From the NCBI GenBank assembly GCA_964252035.1, contig OZ176214.1: a stretch of 64,000 nucleotides of DNA; one strand, 5' to 3'. The DNA comes from Podarcis erhardii (taxonomy: Eukaryota). Under the pieces are notes generated by a model. That model saw only the letters and a list, made by a program, of their open reading frames with translations, had not been told where the DNA came from and searched no databases. Made by a program: the position numbers and the translations under genes. Shown piece by piece: positions 35,799 through 49,036 of the stretch. Positions within the stretch are counted from its first letter, which is position 1. The number at the start of each line of letters is the position of its first letter.

Positions 35799-38700
35799 GA
35801 TGTTTAGCAGTTGCGCTGCCTTGGAATCCCTACTCCACAATTGCTCTATTTGTTTATTAAATCAAATTTAAAACAAAAAGACAACAGGCGCTAATAGTCA
35901 CAAGAAGCAACACCGTACCCAAATACCATATTTTTTCTCAGAACATGGGAAAGAAAGCCATCAGAGGACAAATAGAATTAAACATGACACCCTAGGTAGA
36001 GTCATCCTTTCTTGAGGAAAACTTAAATTGCAGTTGAACATCTACTGGATGCCCTGCATGTTGTTTTATGCAAACTGAGGGTGTGCCCCACAACACTCAC
36101 TTGTGGCAATGCATTTTAGGGGAAGTTCTTAGCATAAAGTACTTTTTAGGACGCTTCTTATCAGAATGCTGTGATTCAAAGAAAGGTTCATCAGGCATGG
36201 ATAGTTTACTTTGTCATATGTAACAGAAATGCTTTTTATGATTAATGTAATAATATGGTCTTCTTAACGAAAATATAATAGTGCCCCCACCATAACTCTT
36301 TAAGTTGTACACCCCTGGTCTACAGCTACATTAATGGAGTGTTCGATGAACAATATTGCTCAATATGTATTACTGTACAGGAAAAACAGTGGGCCTTGCT
36401 ACTGTAGTTTTTCTTGCAAAGTTACTTGAATGGAAATAACGGATGGAAATGCTACAGAGGGTGCTACAAATATCACATTCTGACTGAGTTTGCAGTTGTC
36501 ATGTCTTGGAGAATATTGTCATTTTCTAGTAGTGTTCTTCAAAACTCGTAGAAGGCAGAGTGTATTGGTAGCACCCCTTTGATAGTGTTTGCATAGAATA
36601 AAAGAAAGGGCCACACTAGTTTTATTTCTAAGATGTAAATGAAAATAAAATATTTTGAATTTCAGCTACAAACCTAAGATGGGGAATAAATTCAACACAA
36701 GAGGGTTGCACACCGCAGTTAAAACATAGTAATGTAAAACAGCATACTCTGTAACATACTGGAACCCTTGGCTGTTGTAGGCATATCACCTCTCTCTCCC
36801 CCCCCCCTTTCCTCCATAGCTTATTGCAGTTGCAGCTGTACTTCTTGTCACGCAGCATTTTTTTAAAAAAACACACCAACGTGTCTATTTTGCAGCAATC
36901 TAATGCACTGTATGTGCATTGGGAAGTTGTGCCTAATGCCTATAGAGAGCTGCCAGAGAGACAGGGTTTAAGCTTATTTTTACAGGAGAATGTATTTCTG
37001 TTGAGTTTCATCCTGCAATGCTCAGCATCTTTACAAAAAAAAGAATATTTGTATTCATTGGATGAAATTTCCAGACTATCTATTAAAGCAGGCGGTGGAC
37101 ATCATAGTTGCACTTGAATTTTTTTCCAGGCACATTTTGCAATAGATAAGTTCCTTTTTAGAAATGCTATAATCTTGATTCATTCTTCCTATTCCCCTTT
37201 CCCATTGGTGATGTTTAAAAAAATAACTTATTTAAAAATGGTGGGGAAGATAAATTAATCAGAGCTTTGCAAAATTGTTAGTTAAATGATACTATAGAAG
37301 GGCTTTAGGAGCTCTACAGTTTATGATACATTTCCAGCATCTCCCTTGGAGCCAAGGACGTTTTCCATGACTGAATAAAGGAAAATACAGTTTTGTAGGT
37401 ACTGCGTTCAGATCCAAGTTCTTTAGAGTGGGAAGTAGGTGTCCCTAAGGAGGTTCTAGTAAGCTGGAAGAGCAAATTATTCTTAGTCCCCTGGCAGTAT
37501 GAACAGTAGAAAGAATCTGTAGTAATAAGGTAATTGTTTAATCTCTCTGCAGGGGTGCAACTCTAGCTCCTGCAGGAATAACACAGAAATTTCCTGGGTA
37601 GGTGGGTTGCATCCAACTGTTTCCAAACCTAAGCCAAGGACACTATCCTTAAATTTTAGGGAGGGTTAGGTGATTTTCTTAACATTTAGAAGCTTCATTT
37701 TGTTAAGAATTGTGAAGTTTGCCTTGGAATGAAGTGTTTTTTTTTAAGGTTTGCAACAAAAAAATCACATTTTATTTCCCTATTCTAGAAAATGTATTTC
37801 ACACATTTTAGAAAATATATTTCACACAGGGTTACTTGGGCAATAAACAAAAATAATTGAAAAACTGTAGTCCTTATGTAATAGGACTCAGAATTAAAAG
37901 TGGTATCTTGCAGTTAATGATGCGTTCCTGTCAGGGATGCAAACAATTGGGAGGGAAAAATGTATTAATGCTATATTTTTGAAATCTTACGCAAGCAGTA
38001 GCAGACATCCTCTTGCAGTGCAACTATTATATTCTATGGGTTGTATCAAAGGATGAGAAACATGGTGAGCTGAAAACACAGGCTGAAGCATATGCCCGCT
38101 AGCAGGTCACCAAAATGTATTGTAAGGATCTCATACAAAGTTTTCCAGAGGAGTTTGTGCAAATGCAACAATTTATTTGGCTCTAGGCTTGTTTTTCTCA
38201 CCCAACATTCTTTACTAGCTCAAAATGGCCCTTCCATATGCAGAAAATGCTTTCTGCCAATGGAAGTGTGGCATTGGATTGAAGGTACAAATCTAGTGTT
38301 TGGTGCTGTGAATTCCTTCTATTTCTGAATAAGAAATGGTTTCTGTTCAACTGCTACCTTTTCGGATCATGGAGAAGAAAAAGTGGGGAAAAGCTCCTAC
38401 CAACCATAGAAACACAGAAATGTATTTTTATATAAATAGTGTTTAAATTTAGGTATTATTTGTGCCATGGCTAAGAAATATTCAATGTGTTATACCTGGC
38501 CACAATAATGGAATCTATTTAGATCTTGACATTAAATGATTGCAGAAGGGCCATGTGAATTCTCCATCAGTAGTCCAGAATGCTGTAGTTTTAGTTATTG
38601 ACTGCATTCTTCCAGGACCTAGAGCAATTTTGTCTGGAGTAGGTGCTCTAAAAAACCTGTATTTCTATTCCTTGCCATGAAAACCAGTACTTTGCAGCAT

Positions 38701-40365
38701 TAATAAATCATGCAAATGAATGTAATTATAAACATTACCTTGTAATTATTTATTTACTACATGGCTATTTTCAGTTTTGCCAGTCAAGGGACTAGCAGAA
38801 CAAGGAATCTTGCAAGGCATTAAAGCTATGCCCTTGGAAATCTTACTCAGCCTGATTTCAACAGGCTACCCACTTTCAAGCATACTTTGCTAGGAAACTA
38901 GCAAGGAACTACATGCTTGCTTTTTAAAAGAAACTGGAAATTGTTTATCTCAGGAAACTGAATTCTGTGACTTCTCTGTGTTCCCAAAAATTGCAGCATA
39001 CTCAAGACTGGAGTCAACTTAACCCAGTATTGCTTGCATAAGCCAGCACAAGGGGACTTTCCTCCCTCTCCTCCCCCCATGCTTCCCCCAAATATGCTCT
39101 GGAGAGTTCGGAGAACCCCAGAACAGCACATAGGAAGAGATCTAGCAAGCCATCTAGCAAGCAGAAATGCTTGTGTTGATGGAACAATTGTATTAGTGTA
39201 TAGAATTCCACCCTCACAGTTGTGCATATTAGACATAGTTTAAGGGCCCTTTTTAAATATAGTAACAGCTTTGTTCGTAGCTCTATTCAAATGTTTTGTT
39301 GTAGAATGAGACCATTTGGCAAGTAGTTTGACAAAAACATATTACTTTAATCCTATCCACAGAAAATAATTTATGCAGTCCAAAAAGCAAGTCTAATAAA
39401 TTATGGCACTACGAAAGCTACTCCTTTATTCTTAGTGACGTTCATGAGAATGTTTTTCTCCAGCACTACTGTCTGAGGCTTATGTGCAGCTTCTTTCCAG
39501 TTTTTGTTGTGGAACACTCTTTCCTGGCGCTTGAAAAATTGTATCCGCCACGTTTTATTTTCTCCTGGGATTTTTAAAGAAGTTTAAACTCACTGTGACA
39601 CTAGCAATGAAATTTTGCCCGAATTGTGTTTCTGTTGAATTTATGATTTACCACATATGTCATAAGTTGACAAAATATCTTTCTGTATATATCTTTAAAA
39701 TATGATGCCATATTTCTCCCTCCCTCCCTCTCTTTCTCTCACTCACTCACTCTCTCTAACACACAAACCACATTTGGCCCAGTTATGGAATTAAATTTTG
39801 AACATGTAGTGCTGTTGTTCTTTGTCATAGTAATGATTATGTATGGATTTGCTTCACTAAATTTGGAAGGGTATTTCAGTATTAACAAAACGTGTTTACA
39901 AGTAAGATTTTATATCTTGCCTTCAGTGATGGGATACATATAGATGTTCCCAGGTGGTTTCCCATCCAGGCACTTATCAGATTCAAACCTCATCAGACTA
40001 TGTTCTGGAAACTTTGATATGAATTTCTCATTTCTGTTTCCTAAAACCAAGGTTATAATCTGAAAATACACATCATACTAAACTCTGTCAGAAGCCCCCT
40101 TTTTAAGCAGCTACTAAGTTACTGGATTTGAACACTATGCTAAACTATAGTTTAGAACTACAGAATGAGTCTGAACAAGATAGGGCTTAAATACCCACCT
40201 CTTTTCCTCTGACATGGCCATGAGATTGGAAGGTTTTGCTTCCATTTTCAACTTCCAATAGTTATGTACTTCCATCCAAATTAGAAACTGTGCCAATATT
40301 TACTATGGTTCAGGGAAACAAGCTAGCATAATTAACTGAGTTTTGACATTGGCTTGTTCTTCAAC

Positions 40366-40500
40366 CAGGGTGGCCAACATTTGGCCCTCCAGATGTTGTT
40401 GGACTCTATCTCCCATCAGCTCCAGCCAGCACTGCCAATGACCAGGGATGATCAGATTTGTAGTCTGATAACAACTAGAGGGTCAAAGGTTAGTAACCCT
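40366..40500. mobile_element. hAT-type hairpin MITE (degenerate)
   Basis: cagggtggccaac...ggccctccagatgttgttggact...cccatcagc...tgtagtc...gagggtcaaaggtt; same family as 1336-1459. Confidence 0.65.
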
Positions 40501-42146
40501 CACACAAAATCATAGTTAACACAAATTATTGTTTGTTTGGGCACAGCCATAACATGCAGCTATGCTTAGTTGGAAAGGGAAGCAACAGGTTGTATCTCTT
40601 TTTGGCTCTACTAGAAGAGAACAGATTAATGGGGAAGAATTCAAGTCTACAGACACATGTGAGTATCACTAAATCATAGTTTAATGAATCTGACAATATG
40701 CCATGGTGGCAATGGGGAAAAGCTTAGGGCAAGTTAGTGCCCTAACTAGTCCTAACAAAGCCCTAGTGTTAGCTTTGTTTCTACATGCTTCTGCATTCAG
40801 TCTTGATTGGCCTTCAGTATGAATACGCTCTCATCTGCTAAAAACCTATCTGGTGTCATACCAATGACAGTCTGATGAAACTGGAATTCAGCACAGCTTG
40901 ATTCTTTTCTTTTGTTCCCATGTGCTAACATTCATGTGAATAGTCTCTTTACACACATTCTAAGAAGTAATCCTCATTAAGCACGCTGAAGCATACTTTC
41001 AAGTCAATATGCATAGACTACTAGACAATAGGATGTTCCTATCTAGTCCAAATATCTTAAAATCCCTCATGCCGAGCAGAGCTACTGCTTCAGCTGGATG
41101 GAGGAAGTAACATGAACTAATGGAACCACATCACTTCTCAGCAGAGATTTGTGCAAGTAAATGCGTATGCCTCTCATGCAATTTCAAAATACTATGTAGT
41201 CCCATCTATGCATATATCATTTCTTTGATGTGGCTATAGCTTTGCGTGTCTTTTTAAACATTTGTTTATGAGATCTTGCTGCCTAATTTTATTCTCCCCC
41301 TCATGCTTCCACTTAGGTTCCTTTTATGGGCCATGATAAAACCAAACTATTGTCTCTTGTTTAATAGTGCTTTCAGTACTGTGTATATGGCAAATGATTC
41401 TCTGATGAAATTTTGCGCTCCTCTTCTGAGTAACACAATACCCAAAGGTGCAGTCATCCAGAAACCTGTGGCTGAACAATGTGATGCTTAAGTGCATTTA
41501 TTTATTTTTTGCTTTTTTCCTGCTTGTAGCATGACTTTTAACAATGGGCTCAAGTATCAGTAACAGGGAATTTTTCTTCTTGCTACTGGTATTAGAAACA
41601 GTGTTTTACCTGTTTTTTATTTTGATTCTTTAATTGCTGCCAGGTTGCTGTATTTGATGTCATGTTTTAGCCTGGAGCAAAGGTTTCTGGCCAAGTTATA
41701 ATCCATTTGAAATCAAGGAGTTCATAATGGAAAAACTGATAATAACAATAATAACATTGCTATTTGGAGTGAGGTCACCTTTTACCACTAACCATTCCCT
41801 TAGTAAAAATAATACTAGCAGAAAACACAACCATGTGTATTTAAACATGCCTGCTTACAGCCTGGTTTCTTTGGGCCAAAAGAGCCATGAATAGTCTTTT
41901 TGGTTGTTTTACTCAGCTTTTAAGTAACCTCAGAAATGGTAGATGCATTAAAAAAATAAAAGTTATGACTCTTTTTTAATAAACCTTTTTATTTGGTTAT
42001 TTTATGCTGTACATTAAAGGACCCTGGAATGTTTATGAGGCTTAATAAACTCTCCAAATCATCATAACCCAATATTTCACAAATGAGTTGATTATTTTTT
42101 CCTGCCCTTGCTATATCCTCCCACCTGTCAGACTGTTTTATTTGAC

Positions 42147-42173
42147 TGTGTGTGTGTGTGTGTGTGTGTGTGT
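42147..42173. repeat. (TG)13 microsatellite
   Basis: Perfect TG run. Confidence 0.95.
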
Positions 42174-42176
42174 ATA

Positions 42177-42317
42177 CAAGGGGCGGGGAACATGAGGCCC
42201 TCCAGGTATTGTTTAACTCCCAACTTTCACCACTCTCAGCCAGCATGGCCAACATCTGGGATTGGTGAGAGCTGTAGTCCAGCAACATATGGAGAGCCAC
42301 AGGCTTCCCATCCCCAG
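42177..42317. mobile_element. hAT-type hairpin MITE (degenerate)
   Basis: ggggaacatgaggccctccag...cagcatggcc...gctgtagtccagcaacatatggagagccacaggcttccc; same family. Confidence 0.6.
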
Positions 42318-43100
42318 TCTGTATAAACACATACTCTAAAAAAGGTAAACTTATACAACACTGGATTGGATCCATGGTAATCTAGTTGAATTTAAATAAA
42401 TGGGACTTAATTTTCAAATCATGAGTAACTTGTTCCAGTGATTTTGATTGGATCCTTCTGCATTAACTTGAAGAAATAATTAACTTACCATTGCATATAA
42501 AAATTATGGAGCATAGGGCCCTTGGCAGACCCATGATGACAAGGAGATGCAACCTTGTACTCAGAATCGCTATAGCAGGGATGGGGACAATTTTTGAGCC
42601 CAAGGGCTGCATTTCCTCGTATGCAGCTATCCATAGGCTATGTACCAGTTGTGAGTAGGCTCAGAGCCAACAAGTGGGTTACATTGAACCCACACAATAG
42701 TTAGAGGTGGCTACCCATACACACCCTACATGTCTCCAGCCTGGCAAGAACTACACATTATCAGAGCAAAGCAAGCTGCAATCCCTGGTTTGGACATAAC
42801 CACTAAGCTGTGGATAATGGTTTATTACCCTTAAACCTTAGTGGGAGGAAAACAACTCAGAAAGGCACATTATTGGTAAATTATTATTGTTTACCGTAAC
42901 ATGTGAACTGGGCCAAGACAGGTGCCTACAATTTTAATATTTCATCTCTTGCATAAAAGTGTTTTTCTTTTGCCAAGTGTTTTTAAATAATTAATTTGAT
43001 TCCGTGTTGGTCATTTGTTCTGTATCATATTATTTTGTGTAAAGATTTTATTGTACACCACTATTATATTTTCTATGAGTTAATGGTTTATAAAGGCTCA

Positions 43101-43139
43101 AATGAATGAGTGAATGAATGAATTGAATGAATGAATGAA
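43101..43139. repeat. Imperfect (GAAT)n microsatellite
   Basis: aatgaatgagtgaatgaatgaattgaatgaatgaatgaa. Confidence 0.85.
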
Positions 43140-43789
43140 ATATCAAAATTTTCTGCATTGTATAATGTAGGTCAGGCAACATGCAAAGCATATTTAGAAA
43201 ATAAGCTAATCCCATCTTTATCACAAAGTATTGACATGTCAAATCCTGTTATTTTAAAGCAAGAATGCGAAATGTATAAAGCAGTTTCATAGCACTATCA
43301 TTTGCTCACTTCATGCCTTTGATACTGACATCAGTGATCCCATGCCTATGCAGCAAAATGAGGCTACTGAAATGTTAAGGATGTCAGTTGGATGTGACAG
43401 GGAACAAGGTGGAGTTGGATGAAATTGGCCTGACCCGCCCCTCAAGCTTCTGGTATTCTGGAGGGAGGATTAAGGGCAGTCCAGAATGCTCCATGCTTTT
43501 AAGAAATCAGTCTGATCTGAAGATAGTGAGCAAAAAACTACACCTCTAGCTCCAGGGCTTAGTTGTCTTGCACTGTTGCACTATGGGGTTTTTTCAAAGA
43601 GCTCAACCCTGCCCTGCCTGATAATTCTCTTAGGTCCCCATCTTGTTATTGCAGCTGGGTGTTTATCTCACTCTTTTAAGCTCTGAGGTGTCATCATTAC
43701 AACTTATCCACAATAATGAGATTGAGACTTTGTTTTATAAAGCTGTTTAGGCATTAGTGATATTTAAGTATATTGAGTACTCCACTTAC

Positions 43790-44588
43790 CTGATGGTTTG
43801 TCAGTGGAAGTTGGGATACTGGTAACTGAAGACATGGTTGGGAGAGTCGGTGGTAGAATCTTTAAATTCTGGTCACTCTGGATCTCATTGGTGGATATTT
43901 GGTTAGTGATACGATTGTAAGTGGGAGGCTGGTAGACTCGATTTGGTGGCTGTGGAGGTTGTGGGATTGGTTTAATGGAGGGTGTTCTTTGGCAGTACTC
44001 TTCTAGCTGTGCAATTATTATAGACTGGTTATTAGCAATGGATACCAAATGTTGGTACTTGTGCTCCAGGTCTTTGTATTTATTTGCAAGCTGCAACATG
44101 TCAGCAGTCTGATTCAGTATCTTATTTTCCAGTTGGGAAAGTTCTAAAGCATTGTCCCGTTTTCGGATGATCTCATGCAGCAGCTGCATGTACAACTGGG
44201 TGACCCGCGAGTTCATGTTGCGGCTCTCTTTTCGTAAAAGCTTCACCTCATTAACAATTCCTCCATCTACCTCCACCAGCTGCTGGAGGGTTTCTATTTG
44301 CCTCTTTTGCTTTAACAGCTCATTGTTCAGTAGATCTAGTTCTTGCTTATTTACCCTGTTTTCAAGTACTTCGGGTTCCTTTGAATTAACACAAATGGCA
44401 CCCGTCACTTTCTGCTGAGGTACAATGAAGGTATAAGTGCACTTGTCTTGTGTGTCGCTGGAGCGCTTATACCTGTTTGTGTAAATGAATTCTTGCTCCT
44501 CTCCCTCATCGCTGCCTTCGAAATCTTGGGTCTTGCTGGCACGCACTCCCACAATAGCCATTAGCAATAAGCAAACTGCTGCCTTCAT
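43790..44588 (-). CDS. ANGPTL2: ANGPTL2 first coding exon, CDS part (signal peptide, coiled coil, Pro-rich linker)
   Basis: Start context accATG at 44588. Reads MKAAVCLLL...RYKRSSDTQDKCTYTFIVPQQKVTGAICVNSKEPEV...KQKRQIETLQQLVEVDGGIVNEVKLLRKESRNMNSRVTQLYMQLLHEIIRKRDNALE...TDKPS. 799 nt, ending at donor G|gtaagt (phase 1). Acceptor aaacag| gives an exon start at 44634. Confidence 0.97.
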
Positions 44589-45244
44589 GGTCCCTTTATT
44601 TTTGAATTGGCTTGTATGAAAAGCGCTTTGTGATCTGTTTTAAATATGAAGTACATACACAATATTAAATACCCAGTAATAAATCACACACAGCAAACAA
44701 AAAAGCAGTACTGTTCTACTAGGCAGTAAATGTGTTTTAAAAATGGTAACTGATCCTTAGAAATACCTCTTTATTTAAAAGTATGAAACTGTTGTTCAAA
44801 ATCAAGTTAGCAGTTAGGCAAATTTAACCAGAAGGTGGTCTTTGGATGAAGCAATTTTCCAAGTTGCTCTTCATCATTCTCCCAAAGTTGATAAACAGAG
44901 GCAAAAACAGAGGCTCACTATTCCTGGCTGTATTTTTGTTGGCCTTTGCTAATCTTGATTTCTAGGTGTGTTGCCTTGAGAAGATGTTTTGCATGTAATG
45001 ACAGTATCTGGAAAGTCAGCACAGATTTGGCTTTTTCACATATCATCACAACTGCCTGAAAACAGCCAATGGTCAGTAATACAAGTTGTGTGTTACTGTC
45101 CTGGCAATCTTAAGCAAGAAAAAAACACACCCCCCAAAAAGTTGTTCTATTGGCCTTCTAAAAAGAGAATGGACAAGGTTGTCATAAGCCTCATTATCTG
45201 TAGTGACTCCTTTGTGAGGGGGAAATAAATAAATATGTATATTT

Positions 45245-45463
45245 GTGGGGGGCCGGACTATATTTTGAAAAAGAAAGAAAGAACTAATTCCTATGCCCCA
45301 CAAATAACCCAGAGATGCATTTTAAATAAAATGACACATTCTGCTCATGTAAAAACACGCTGATTCCTGGACCGTCCGCACGCCGGGTTTAGAAGACGAT
45401 TGGGCCGGGCCTTAGTTTGCCTACCCATGCAGCCCCCGGGCCTTAGTTTGCCTACCCATGCAG
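45245..45463. mobile_element. Truncated hAT MITE with a duplicated terminus
   Basis: CpG-rich body ending gggccttagtttgcctacccatg. The terminal 28 bp occur twice (45405-45432 and 45436-45463). Confidence 0.65.
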
Positions 45464-47387
45464 ACTAAATGGCTGTTTACAACAGTTAGAAGCAGAGATA
45501 GAAAGAGTGCCCTGCACAACTCTGTTGTTGGTGGGAATAGCAGGCTGAGATGAATGGAAGAAGTGGTAGGTGAGAGCTCACTGGTTGTTGTTTTACTAGT
45601 AAATTGGGATAGATTAGCTTCATACAATGCCCTCTTGTCCTATCAAAGACTGAATAAACCCAGGAGGGCCAGGAAAAGTTGGAAAAAAGTTGCTCCAGTG
45701 CTTGGGCTTCTTCAGGGAGAGCCCTCAGTCTGATCTGAAATAAGAGGAGGCATTTTGAAGATGTGTCCATATTCTGCTCTTCTTCAGGAAAGATAGTCAT
45801 TAGACTGAGTGAGGCAGCCACCTCACATGATTGATTTTGGATGTTATTAAATGGCAACAAATATTTAATTGCTGTGTTTTTATTGCCAGGTAGAGGCATC
45901 TGTGGGGTTTTCTGCCTCAAGTGCCAAAATAACTTGACCAGCCTTGTTTACTATAAATCTTAATTAGGTTGGGTGGAGGAGTACAATCCAGTGCTCTGCC
46001 TCAAGAAGAAGAATATATTTGACAGATGTAGTGCCTGGTGCCTTCAGTTACCGAATGCTCAGTTTTACTCATTGCTTCATTTTCATTTACTATGGCTTAC
46101 AGCAAATGAGTAAGTGTGCTGGTGGCCAGTGATAAAATGGTGGTTGCTTTGTTCCTCCCATGGACCTCCTGCTGCCATTCTACAGCAAGCTACACAACAA
46201 GTTTGTTTAGTGTTAGCTGTAAAAATGGGCCCATGGTTTGTCTTGCTCAAAGCAAACCATGAGCTGTGTAACCATGGTGTAGCTCCCGAGCTAGGTTCAA
46301 TTCTAATGTTCTGCAAAGTTCAGTCCTAAGGAAAGTCTTTAAAATAGTGAGCATTTAATAAAAATGATTTGAGGGGGAAATTATAGTGAGCATTGGTTCT
46401 ATTTTCTCTTGATGTGTATTGCAGAGTCCTTTGGCTGGAATATCTAGAAGTAGCACCCCAAAATGTTTCTGGGTTCCCAAGAAAACCTCTCAGATTGATT
46501 ATACAATTAAATTTCTATTCAGACCTTTCGGAAAGCCTACAGCAAGGTAACAGCAGTTTTTAAAAAGGAAATACAATAAAACAGAATACTCAAAATATCT
46601 ACTTCATAGATGTGAAGATTTTGTAATGCCTAACTAATTCCCAAATCAAAAGCCAATCCAAATGAGACAGCACTTTAGTAAGTACTTGAGCTCAGACTAT
46701 GACAACATCAAGAAAGGATTTCTAGTGTTAACATAATGCATGATAGTACTGTATGACAAAATTCTTTTGTGAAAGGAAGAAGGAACTGTTATAAAGTCTG
46801 TGTAGTCTTTAAAGCAATGCCAGTCAAATTCTTGAAGAAATTTGAAGCATAAATTAAAACTCCCTCAGACAGCTTTAACTTGCATTTGCACAGTGGGTCA
46901 CACTTGGTGACCCTGGCAGGCTTCCAGACCTCATACTTTACACAGTTGAACTATTCTTGAAAATGTCTTCAGCATAGTTAAAAAGCAGGCTTGGGGGTGG
47001 GAGTGAGGACTTGCTTCAATGTATAGCTTTCAGGTCTCTCTTTTCCCTCTTTCTCCTTGCAAACCCTTATTCATCATGACTAGAATCTCAGTTTTTCTGT
47101 TGAAATTCCTTCATGTTGTATTTTTACAGTGTTTCTCCATTTTAAGAGTAGGCTAGCATAAAGGCCATAATGCCTTAATGTTCTAGTTTTGCTATCACAA
47201 AAGCTCCTCCTCCAACAACAACAAAAGTGCACGATAAAGATCATTTGCATGAAGATAAGTCTTAGTATTAGCAATGATTGTACTGAGATGCACTATAGCA
47301 GCAGCTGTTGCTATTTCTACCACTGGTAATTTATGTAGCATTTTATATGACAGTGTTTATGCCCCTTTGCTGTGCCAGCTTTGCTGA

Positions 47388-48015
47388 TGTTAGTGCCATG
47401 GGCCCTTTGGCTCTGACATGATATGGCATGGAGGAGGAAGAAGGAGCAAATGGGGGACTGGAAGACTGGAAGACTGGCATCCAGGAATGAAGAAGAGATG
47501 TCCTCCCCTTGTGACTCTAGATGTGAGAGAGGGAGAAGCAGAGCTGCCAGCTCTCTCCTCTGCTCCTCCTGAAGAGTTTCTCATCAGTGAGGAGGGGAGG
47601 ACTTTGGCCAGCAAGAAGGAGGATCTGAACAGAAGGAGGTGGCAGCCAAGCTAGAGGCAGAGGTGCAGGACACAATCTTGTCGCCAAGAACTAGATGGTG
47701 CCTTTGATCGTGAGATCAGATGCACCCAGCCAAACAGCACACTTTGTGCGTGTTGCAGAACTATAGGACAAACGAGTCTTCTGAGTGATCTCACCCTGCC
47801 TCATCTTTAAAAGCTTTGTGGGAGGGGCATGTCAACTGTTGGGACATATTCATAGGTTTTGTTCTATTGTGAACCTTGCTTATGAACTTTGGAATCTTGA
47901 CTTCTGGCCTTTGTGCTTGCTGCTGAGCCTGTACTGCTATTAGCCTGAATAAAGATTTCTTCTTTGTTTACAAGTAAGAGTTGTTATCACTGTACTTTGG
48001 GACAGGAGCCTGACA
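47388..48015 (+). mobile_element. Probable solo LTR (Gypsy-type)
   Basis: Termini TGTTAG...CTGACA; purine-rich U3; TTTAAAAG at 47806-47813; AATAAA at 47948-47953. No clear TSD, so the 5' end is uncertain. Confidence 0.5.
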
Positions 48016-48039
48016 GTAAGAATGGTTGTTGCTATTTGT

Positions 48040-48165
48040 ATTTAAAGATGGGAAACTGAAGCTGAAAGTGACTTGTCCAAGACCACATAGTGAGTTTATA
48101 GCTGAGGTGGAACTTTAGCCAGATCAGATTTCAGCTCCATAGCCACTCAACCCTACTGGCTCTCT
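48040..48165 (-). mobile_element. MIR/CORE-like SINE remnant
   Basis: gatgggaaactgaagctg...gtgacttgtccaagaccacatagtgagt resembles the CORE-SINE segment. Confidence 0.5.
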
Positions 48166-48904
48166 TTAACAGTTCTACCTTTCACCTTTCCTTCACACAT
48201 TTTTTTAAAAGCACATTTCATGCTCTGAATCCAAAAGGAAAAAACCCATGCCTTTGAACTTGGTTTACTGGTTTGGAGAAGTTCTTTTGCTGTTGTGTTT
48301 TAGTGTGGAATTTTGAGTATGCTGAAATCAGTGCCTGAGCTTCCATTAACACAAGTAGGGCTGGGATTTCTTCTAACCATCTGGTCTTGGCTATTCAAAT
48401 GGTTGGCAAAGGGGTAAGAAGAGTGAGGCAGTAATGGACCTTACTGTGTTTACTCTTAAAGCGTTTGTTCAACTAATTGTGTCTCGAGGGGCACAACTGA
48501 AAATGTTCTTATCTAATAAGTAGAGGGGAAACAAGCTTCCAAAGAAAATATATTACTTTTCTCCCCTGTTCCTGACAAGGAAAAACAAAACTAGATATTT
48601 TCCTTGGCACTTCAAGTTACAAGTGAGAAAACCAAGACTCACTGTGGGAATTATCATGTTGCACTGTAAGGCTTTTTTTACATATACTTTCAGCTTTTAA
48701 GTTATAGCATGTTTTGCTACTTTTGTTAAAGTTGCAAATAAAATTTCTTCAAGTTCTATCAAATTATCATTGTGATGCTAGATAAAGTTTTCCTTCCTAT
48801 GCCAGGACCTCATTTATATTATATTTGTAGCTCAGTGCAAGTTAAGGGTCCACCAGCCAGGAGAGGAGAGTACTTTATTTCTAAATGCTAGAGAGAATAA
48901 AAAA

Positions 48905-49036
48905 CAGAGCTTTTTTCAGCCAGAACTCACCAGAACTCAGTTCTGGCACCTCTCAGGTGGCACCATTGCCATTATAAGAGAACCAAGGAAGCATTCATGC
49001 TGAGTTCTGGCACCTTTTTCTAAAAAAATAGCGCTG
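48905..49036. mobile_element. hAT (Tip100-like) MITE
   Basis: Ends cagagctttttt and aaaaaaatagcgctg; repeated gttctggcacc; flanks ataaaaaa and ataagaac (6/8 match). Confidence 0.6.

Noticed and set aside
39480-39720. Possible conserved enhancer (homeobox-like tttatgatttac, a few retained CpGs)
   Set aside because: Impression only; conservation cannot be judged without alignments.
44152-44418. 88-aa plus-strand ORF over ANGPTL2
   Set aside because: Antisense shadow of the coiled-coil coding exon.
17517-44588. Calling the pair RALGPS2/ANGPTL1
   Set aside because: Diagnostic peptides ([35 protein letters not shown]; LLNRK..LDYL..REYIR..KMVP) fit ANGPTL2 and RALGPS1.
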